Shown here one piece after another: positions 1 through 4,401 of a stretch of DNA of 4,401 nucleotides. How positions within the stretch are numbered: position 1 is the stretch's first letter; each line of letters starts with the position of its first letter. A program made the position numbers and the translations under genes. The stretch comes from a virus. Lineage: Duplodnaviria > Heunggongvirae > Uroviricota > Caudoviricetes. The DNA is taken from IMG/VR virus record IMGVR_UViG_2529292907_000005. The stretch is one strand, 5' to 3'. The notes below the pieces were generated by a model, which was given only the letters and a program-made list of their open reading frames with translations, made no database searches and was not told the origin of the DNA.

Positions 1-1
1 A

Positions 2-2182
2 TCAGCCAGCGAGGCGGCAACTCATGCGACTGATGCTGCAGGCTCAGCACGTGCAGCCAGCACGTCAGCCGGACAGGCCGCGTCGTCGGCTCAGTCAGCG
101 TCTTCCAGCGCAGGAACGGCATCGACAAAGACCCGTGAAGCAGCAAAAAGTGCTGCTGCTGCAGAGTCATCAAAAAGCGCGGCAGCTACCAGCGCCAGTG
201 CCGCGAAAACGTCAGAAACGAATGCCGCAGCATCACAAAAATCGGCAGCCACTTCTGCATCCACAGCGACCACGAAGGCGTCAGAAGCTGCCACCTCGGC
301 ACGGGGTGCGGCGGCCTCAAAAGAGGCAGCGAAATCTTCAGAAACGAATGCATCATCAAGTGCCAGTAGTGCAGCTTCCTCGGCAACGGCGGCAGGAAAT
401 TCCGCGAAGGCGGCAAAAACGTCCGAGACGAACGCTAAGTCTTCTGAAACAGCAGCGGGACAGAGCGCCTCAGCTGCGGCAGGTTCAAAAACAGCGGCTG
501 CATTATCTGCCAGTGCCGCGTCAACAAGTGCCGGGCAGGCCTCAGCCAGTGCCACCGCCGCCGGAAAATCGGCAGAAAGCGCCGCATCATCCGCTTCAAC
601 AGCCACAACGAAGGCTGGCAAAGCCACTGAGCAAGCCACTGCAGCAGCGAGGTCTGCTTCTGCAGCAAAAACCTCTGAAACAAATGCAAAGACTTCAGCA
701 GACAATGCTGCTTCCTCTAAGGCGGCAGCCGCATCGTCAGCCAGTTCAGCGGCGTCATCGGCATCATCTGCGTCTGCTTCAAAAGATGAGGCGACCAGAC
801 AAGCGTCAGCAGCGAAAGGTAGTGCCACGACAGCAACAACGAAAGCATCAGAGGCGGCAGGCAGTGCGACGGCTGCATCTCAGAGCAAAGTTGCTGCTGA
901 ATCCGCGGCAACGCGCGCCGAGACAGCAGCAAAACGGGCAGAGGATATTGCATCCGCCGTGGCGCTGGAGGATGCGAGCACGACGAAAAAGGGGATAGTA
1001 CAGCTCAGCAGTGCGACCAACAGCACTTCCGAGTCACTGGCGGCAACGCCAAAAGCGGTTAAGGCGGTAATGGATGAAACGAACAAGAAAGCCCCATTAA
1101 ACAGCCCGGCACTGACCGGAACGCCAACAACACCAACTGCGCGACAGGGAACGAATAATACCCAAATCGCAAGCACGGCTTTCGTTATGGCTGCGATTGC
1201 CGCCCTTGTAGATTCGTCACCTGATGCACTGAACACGCTGAACGAGCTGGCTGCGGCGCTGGGCAACGACCCGAATTTTGCGACCACCATGACTAACGCG
1301 CTTGCGGGTAAGCAACCGAAAGATGCCACCCTGACGGCGCTGGCCGGACTTACTACTGCGGCAGGCAAGTTTCCGTATTTTACGGGGAATGATGTCGCCA
1401 GCCTGGCAACCCTGACAAAAGTCGGGCGGGATATTCTTGCGAAATCGACCGTTGCTGCCGTTATCGAATACCTCGGTTTACGAGAACTCGGCACAAGCGG
1501 GGAGAAAATACCGTTACTCAGTACAGCGAATACCTGGACTAATCGACAAACATTCAGCGGTGGCCTTTCAGGTGAACTATCCGGCAATGCTTCTACAGCT
1601 GCAAAATTAAAAACTGCCAGGAAAATAAGCAATGTGGCTTTTGATGGTTCCTCCGATATCACATTAAAAGCAAGTCATGTTGGTGCGTTTGCCTTAGGGA
1701 AAACAGGAAGCACCGTTGCGAATGATAAAGCAGTTGGATGGAACTGGAGTAGCGGAGCCTATAACGCAACTATTAGTGGTGCATCAACGTTAATTATTCA
1801 TTTTTATATGGGAGAAGGAAGTTGTCCTGCAGCTCAGTTTCGGATTAATTATAAAAATGGCGGTATTTTTTATCGTTCAGCCCGTGATGGTTATGGTTTT
1901 GAAGCCGACTGGTCAGAGTTTTACACCACGACCCGCAAACCCTCTGCGGGAGATGTTGGTGCATACACGCAGGCAGAATGTAACTCAAGGTTTATTACAG
2001 GTATTCGCCTTGGCGGTCTGTCATCTGTTCAGACATGGAATGGTCCCGGCTGGTCTGACAGGTCAGGTTATGTCGTTACGGGTTCAGTTAACGGAAACCG
2101 TGATGAATTAATTGATACAACTCAGGCAAGGCCAATTCAGTATTGCATTAATGGGACGTGGTATAACGCGGGGAGTATTTAA
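2..2182 (+). CDS. stf: Side tail fibre protein, 5'-partial: Ala/Ser/Thr-rich repeat shaft followed by a variable C-terminal (receptor-binding) domain; the start codon lies upstream of the window
   Basis: Frame 2 is open from the window edge to TAA at 2180..2182. The ORF track shows only 959..2182 because there is no in-frame ATG/GTG/TTG before the GTG at 959. My translation of 2..958 gives low-complexity repeats (...SAAKTSETNAKSSETAAGQSASAAAGSKTAAALSASAASTSAGQASASATAAGKSAESAASSASTATTKAG...), which I recognise as the lambdoid Stf-type shaft. The ORF continues through ...KFPYFTGNDVASLATLTKVGRDILAKSTVAAVIEYLGL and ends ...RPIQYCINGTWYNAGSI. Family assignment is from memory, not a search. Confidence 0.9.
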   Translation, partial: SASEAATHATDAAGSARAASTSAGQAASSAQSASSSAGTASTKTREAAKSAAAAESSKSAAATSASAAKTSETNAAASQKSAATSASTATTKASEAATSARGAAASKEAAKSSETNASSSASSAASSATAAGNSAKAAKTSETNAKSSETAAGQSASAAAGSKTAAALSASAASTSAGQASASATAAGKSAESAASSASTATTKAGKATEQATAAARSASAAKTSETNAKTSADNAASSKAAAASSASSAASSASSASASKDEATRQASAAKGSATTATTKASEAAGSATAASQSKVAAESAATRAETAAKRAEDIASAVALEDASTTKKGIVQLSSATNSTSESLAATPKAVKAVMDETNKKAPLNSPALTGTPTTPTARQGTNNTQIASTAFVMAAIAALVDSSPDALNTLNELAAALGNDPNFATTMTNALAGKQPKDATLTALAGLTTAAGKFPYFTGNDVASLATLTKVGRDILAKSTVAAVIEYLGLRELGTSGEKIPLLSTANTWTNRQTFSGGLSGELSGNASTAAKLKTARKISNVAFDGSSDITLKASHVGAFALGKTGSTVANDKAVGWNWSSGAYNATISGASTLIIHFYMGEGSCPAAQFRINYKNGGIFYRSARDGYGFEADWSEFYTTTRKPSAGDVGAYTQAECNSRFITGIRLGGLSSVQTWNGPGWSDRSGYVVTGSVNGNRDELIDTTQARPIQYCINGTWYNAGSI
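195..690 (+). repeat. Degenerate in-frame repeats inside the stf shaft region, built on a ~21-nt unit encoding K-[TS]-S-E-T-N-A
   Basis: Four copies of the motif AAA-[AT]C[GTC]-TC[ACT]-GA[AG]-AC[GA]-AA[TC]-GC are seen near 196, 331, 417 and 668 (gcgaaaacgtcagaaacgaatgc, gcgaaatcttcagaaacgaatgc, gcaaaaacgtccgagacgaacgc, gcaaaaacctctgaaacaaatgc). They sit within a longer Ala/Ser-rich low-complexity region spanning about 1..960. Confidence 0.6.
1222..1481 (+). repeat. Left arm of a long inverted repeat (partner 4142..4401), lying in the stf constant region just outside the crossover site
   Basis: Direct comparison of + 1222..1481 with the reverse complement of 4142..4401 shows the inner 116 bp (1366..1481 vs 4257..4142) identical and the outer 144 bp differing at about nine positions by eye. 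Homology stops abruptly at 1482 (cGAgaaCtCg vs cAGgaaAtGg). Confidence 0.9.
1461..1486 (+). other. Putative serine-invertase crossover site (gix/pix/cix/hix-like), left copy, with core dinucleotide at 1473..1474
   Basis: TTATCGAATACC-TC-GGTTTACGAGAA is an imperfect 12-2-12 palindrome matching the TTATC..AAACC-NN-GGTTT..GATAA pattern of DNA-invertase sites as I recall them. It lies exactly at the boundary between flank homology and the divergent cassette. Confidence 0.7.
2168..2175 (+). promoter_or_regulatory. Ribosome-binding site for tfa (GCGGGGAG), about 9 nt upstream of the ATG; translationally coupled to stf (stop at 2180..2182, start at 2185)
   Basis: Purine-rich GGGGAG at 2170..2175 sits at canonical spacing from the ATG at 2185..2187. 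Confidence 0.55.
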
Positions 2183-2184
2183 TT

Positions 2185-2718
2185 ATGCAGCACTTAAAAA
2201 ACATTACTGCTGGCAATCCTAAAACAAAAGAGCAATACCAGCTAACAAAGCAATTTAACATCAAATGGCTTTATTCAGATGATGGAAAAAACTGGTATGA
2301 GGAACAAAAGAATTTCCAGCCAGACACATTGAAAATGGCCTATGACCATAACGGCGTTATTATTTGTATTGAAAAGGATGTTTCAGCAATTAATCCGGAA
2401 GGCGCAAGCGTCGTTGAATTACCTGATATTACAGCAAATCGCCGTGCTGACATTTCGGGTAAATGGATGTTCAAAGATGGCGTAGTGGTAAAGCGAACTT
2501 ATACCGAGGAAGAGCAGAGGCAGCAGGCGGAAAATGAAAAGCAAAGCCTGCTACAGCTCGTCAGGGATAAAACCCAGCTATGGGACTCACAGCTACGGCT
2601 GGGCATCATTTCCGACGAGAATAAACAAAAATTAACAGAGTGGATGCTCTTTGCGCAGAAAGTCGAATCTACAGACACTTCCAGCCTGCCAGTAACGTTT
2701 CCCGAACAACCTGAATGA
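2185..2718 (+). CDS. tfa: Tail fibre assembly protein (Tfa-type chaperone), 177 aa
   Basis: Intact ORF from the track, starting 2 nt after the stf stop with a good RBS. The protein ([22 protein letters not shown]...[30 protein letters not shown]...) matches my memory of enterobacterial phage Tfa proteins, and its position immediately downstream of a tail fibre gene fits. Confidence 0.9.
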   Translation: MQHLKNITAGNPKTKEQYQLTKQFNIKWLYSDDGKNWYEEQKNFQPDTLKMAYDHNGVIICIEKDVSAINPEGASVVELPDITANRRADISGKWMFKDGVVVKRTYTEEEQRQQAENEKQSLLQLVRDKTQLWDSQLRLGIISDENKQKLTEWMLFAQKVESTDTSSLPVTFPEQPE

Positions 2719-2721
2719 GAC

Positions 2722-2748
2722 AAGGCCCGCTATCGGGCCTTAATTTTT
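2722..2748 (+). terminator. Intrinsic terminator hairpin between the convergent tfa genes (8-bp GC-rich stem AAGGCCCG / CGGGCCTT, 4-nt loop, then AATTTTT)
   Basis: Perfect inverted repeat at 2722..2729 and 2734..2741 followed by a T-run at 2744..2748, located in the 28-bp gap between the tfa stop (2716..2718) and the tfa' stop (2747..2749). The U-tract is good only for the + strand direction. Confidence 0.6.
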
Positions 2749-3273
2749 ATTCAGGCTTTTGTGGCCATTCGGGATTTGCTGTATCCACACGGCTGACCAG
2801 AACGCTGTAGCGTTCCCATGACTCCAGTCGTGCGCGCTCCTCATCCGTCGCCATGTTCAGCCTGACAGCGCGTTCCAGTGGCTGGATAACTGATTCAGCT
2901 TCGGAAAGTAATGCGGCCTTTTGTGATTTGGCCTGTTGTTGCTGTTCGTCTGCCGTATAAATCCGCTTAACTACAGCCCCGTCCTTAAACATCCACTTAC
3001 CTGAATCATCGGCACGGCGATTAGCTGTAATATCAGGAACTTCAACGACGCTATAGCCTTCAGGGTTAAGCGTGGAGGCATCTTTGGTGATGGCGACAAT
3101 AATATTATTCTCGTCATAAAGAATTTTTATTGTGTCTTCCTGAAAGTTCTTTAATTCCTCGTACCAGTTTTTCCCATCTTCTGACCACAACCAGATAACA
3201 TCAAAATTCTTTGTTAGCTGATATTGCTCTTTTGTTTTAGGATTGCCAGCAGTAATGTTTTTAAATGCTGCAT
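2747..3273 (-). CDS. tfa: Second tail fibre assembly protein (tfa'), frame-disrupted as sequenced: the ATG at 3273..3271 encodes MQHLK, then a one-base-shorter poly-A tract shifts the frame (stop at 3216..3214); the homologous frame is open from 3190 to the stop at 2749..2747
   Basis: The reverse complement of 3273..3250 is ATGCAGCATTTAAAAACATTACTG, against ATGCAGCACTTAAAAAACATTACTG in the + copy at 2185. The other frame reads ...[36 protein letters not shown]... and matches the track ORF 2747..3190, whose listed start is a TTG. The C-terminal part (...[35 protein letters not shown]...[30 protein letters not shown]) is Tfa-like. Confidence 0.8.
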
Positions 3274-3276
3274 GAT

Positions 3277-4092
3277 TTATACCTGTGCAACGTTATACCA
3301 TGTGCCATTGATGTATTTTTGTATTGGTCTGAACACAGCCGGATCATCGCCATCAACTTCGCCGACAATGCCAAGCCCCGTAATTGCATGGCCTGATTTT
3401 TCATACATCACGCCTCTTTGCATAGTTTGAACAACACGCGTGCCAAGTCTGACATCTCTCACATAGCGTGAATCAAAATTCCCCCAGTTGCTGGGTTGTA
3501 TCTGACCGTTTACAGCAAATATCACCGAGTTATCTGTATTTCGCTGACTATAGAAATGCCAGCCTGAATCATCACCAAGCTCTGCAACAGTTGGTCTTGA
3601 TGAAGCGCCCCATAAATTAAACCCTACGTTCTTCGTGGAGTTGTTGGAGCTGGATAGCGTGAATTTTTTACCATCCCCAGCCTGAATATTTTTAAAAGCA
3701 ATAGCCACTCCATTCTGAAAGCGGAATACACGCTGACTATTAGCATAAACATCAAGAATACCGTCTCCATTCTGTTTAAATCCGGTATCATTATCACCAA
3801 GAACAATAGAGCTACCACCTAACGCATTCGTCGTACCAACTCCAAGGCTGCCATTAATGACGGCATTAACAAGAATATTTAGCGCATCCCATTTCAGCGT
3901 CATCAGGTCTTTTGTTGTGGTGCTTTGTTTGCTTCTCCATTTGAAATATTCATTGCCGTTGTCGCCTGTTTCAAACCACATGTATGAATCAGTGTCACCA
4001 TCGGCATCATTTTTAAATCCAATCTTCGCCCAGTCAGTATTTCGAATCCAGGCAAGGATTGAGTCATTTTCAAAAGTAAGCCCACCGGACAA
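3277..4092 (-). CDS. Alternative tail-fibre C-terminal variable domain (inverted cassette); the frame is open upstream to 4116 but is not in frame with the fibre constant region as sequenced
   Basis: Track ORF of 271 aa, whose listed start is a TTG at 4092..4090, ending ...[17 protein letters not shown] with the same C-terminal motif as the + strand fibre. Upstream in this frame it reads RRAKNGDTL before a stop at 4119..4117. It is followed 3 nt later by the tfa' ATG. Confidence 0.8.
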   Translation of the reverse strand: MSGGLTFENDSILAWIRNTDWAKIGFKNDADGDTDSYMWFETGDNGNEYFKWRSKQSTTTKDLMTLKWDALNILVNAVINGSLGVGTTNALGGSSIVLGDNDTGFKQNGDGILDVYANSQRVFRFQNGVAIAFKNIQAGDGKKFTLSSSNNSTKNVGFNLWGASSRPTVAELGDDSGWHFYSQRNTDNSVIFAVNGQIQPSNWGNFDSRYVRDVRLGTRVVQTMQRGVMYEKSGHAITGLGIVGEVDGDDPAVFRPIQKYINGTWYNVAQV

Positions 4093-4401
4093 AGTATCGC
4101 CATTTTTTGCACGGCGTTACCAGCCCTGTTTACCATTTCCTGTAAACCGAGGTATTCGATAACGGCAGCAACGGTCGATTTCGCAAGAATATCCCGCCCG
4201 ACTTTTGTCAGGGTTGCCAGGCTGGCGACATCATTCCCCGTAAAATACGGAAACTTGTCTGCCGCAGTAGCAAGCCCGGCCAGCGCCGTCAGGGTGGCAT
4301 CTTTCGGTTGCTTACCCGCAAGCGCGTTAGTCATGGTGGTCGCAAAATTCGGGTCGTTTCCCAGCGCCGCCGCTAACTCGTTCAGCGTATTCAGTGCGTC
4401 A
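3900..4401 (-). CDS. Inward-reading tail-fibre constant-region copy, 5'-partial (continues beyond the right edge); it reads through the crossover site and, because of the frame problem at 4103..4108, runs into a stop at 3902..3900
   Basis: The reverse complement of 4401..4142 encodes DALNTLNELAAALGNDPNFATTMTNALAGKQPKDATLTALAGLATAADKFPYFTGNDVASLATLTKVGRDILAKSTVAAVIEYLGL, near-identical to + strand residues encoded at 1222..1481. It then continues QEMVNRAGNAVQK and an out-of-frame tail (MAILCPVG...QQKT*). Confidence 0.65.
4137..4162 (-). other. Putative serine-invertase crossover site, right copy, with core dinucleotide at 4149..4150
   Basis: The + strand reads TTCCTGTAAACC-GA-GGTATTCGATAA; the minus strand reads TTATCGAATACC-TC-GGTTTACAGGAA. 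It has the same outer half-site and core as the left site and differs at 2 positions in the inner half-site. My recollection is that it is very close to the Mu gix sequence. Confidence 0.7.
4142..4401 (-). repeat. Right arm of the long inverted repeat (partner 1222..1481); it reaches the window edge, so its true length is unknown
   Basis: See the left arm: 116 bp identical plus 144 bp with about nine mismatches. Confidence 0.9.

Larger units (their letters stand above)
1475..4148. other. Putative invertible segment (Mu G / P1 C / e14 P-like) carrying two alternative tail-fibre C-terminal domains, each with its own assembly-protein gene, in opposite orientations
   Basis: The segment is bounded by the two inverted 26-bp sites. 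It contains the stf C-terminus plus tfa on + and a different stf C-terminus plus tfa on -, arranged convergently. Inversion itself is inferred and cannot be observed in a single sequence. Confidence 0.65.

Noticed and set aside
91-828. 245-aa Ala-rich ORF on the - strand, and the smaller - strand ORFs at 186..416, 435..689, 717..953 and 880..1662
   Set aside because: These are antisense shadows of the stf repeat region; the Ala-rich antisense translation arises automatically from GCN-rich sense codons. They overlap the well-supported stf CDS completely.
24-998. 324-aa ORF on + rich in Arg/Gln/Pro
   Set aside because: It is in the wrong frame relative to the recognisable Ala/Ser-repeat fibre frame (frame 2). 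Its composition is the typical out-of-frame product of GC-rich GCN/CAG repeats, and there is no RBS context.
1857-2111. 84-aa ORF on + inside the stf C-terminal region
   Set aside because: It is an alternative frame inside a recognisable fibre domain, with no independent support.
2499-2723. 74-aa ORF on - overlapping the 3' end of tfa
   Set aside because: It is antisense to an intact tfa and crosses the terminator hairpin, so a real gene is unlikely.
4095-4120. Programmed -1 ribosomal frameshift as the intended expression mode of the minus-strand fibre and tfa'
   Set aside because: It was considered because a -1 slip at the A-tract would restore both proteins exactly, but any single-base loss in an A-run has that property. 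I see no obvious downstream stimulatory structure, so a sequencing error or inactivating mutation is more parsimonious. It is kept only as a low-probability alternative in the findings.
3224-4162. Small + strand ORFs at 3224..3430, 3857..4162 and the - strand ORF at 3624..3818
   Set aside because: They are shadow ORFs within or antisense to the minus-strand fibre-tip and tfa' cassette, with no homology signal or start context.
1461-4162. Additional internal invertase sites (a multi-site Min-like shufflon) within the segment
   Set aside because: I scanned by eye for other AAACC-NN-GGTTT-centred palindromes (for example near 669, 1990 and 3961) and none had matching half-sites. Further sites outside the window cannot be excluded.
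1-4401. CRISPR array, tRNA/rRNA genes, IS element or transposase
   Set aside because: There are no regularly spaced short direct repeats, no tRNA-like or rRNA-like sequence, and no terminal inverted repeats bracketing a transposase-like ORF. The only long inverted repeat is explained by the fibre constant-region duplication.

Overview
This window sits in the tail-fibre module of an enterobacterial-type tailed phage or prophage, and its main feature is a probable invertible host-range switch. A side tail fibre gene, truncated at the 5' edge (+ strand, 2..2182), has a G+C-rich Ala/Ser/Thr-rich repeat shaft followed by a variable C-terminal domain, then a translationally coupled tail-fibre assembly gene (2185..2718). 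The shaft/tip junction carries a 26-bp element (1461..1486) that fits the Gin/Pin/Cin/Hin invertase crossover pattern, and an inverted partner lies at 4137..4162. Both sit at the inner ends of an inverted repeat of at least 260 bp (1222..1481 and 4142..4401). The ~2.7-kb segment between them holds two convergent cassettes: the intact + strand fibre tip and tfa, and on the - strand a different fibre tip (3277..~4116) with its own tfa (2747..3273). Both minus-strand genes are frame-disrupted as sequenced by one-base length differences in poly-A tracts. A hairpin terminator (2722..2748) separates the convergent tfa genes. Unusually, the right flank is not an invertase gene but a second, inward-reading copy of the fibre constant region that stays open to the window edge. 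No invertase gene, RNA gene or CRISPR array is visible. All homology statements come from reading the sequence and from memory of these protein families; no database search was run.
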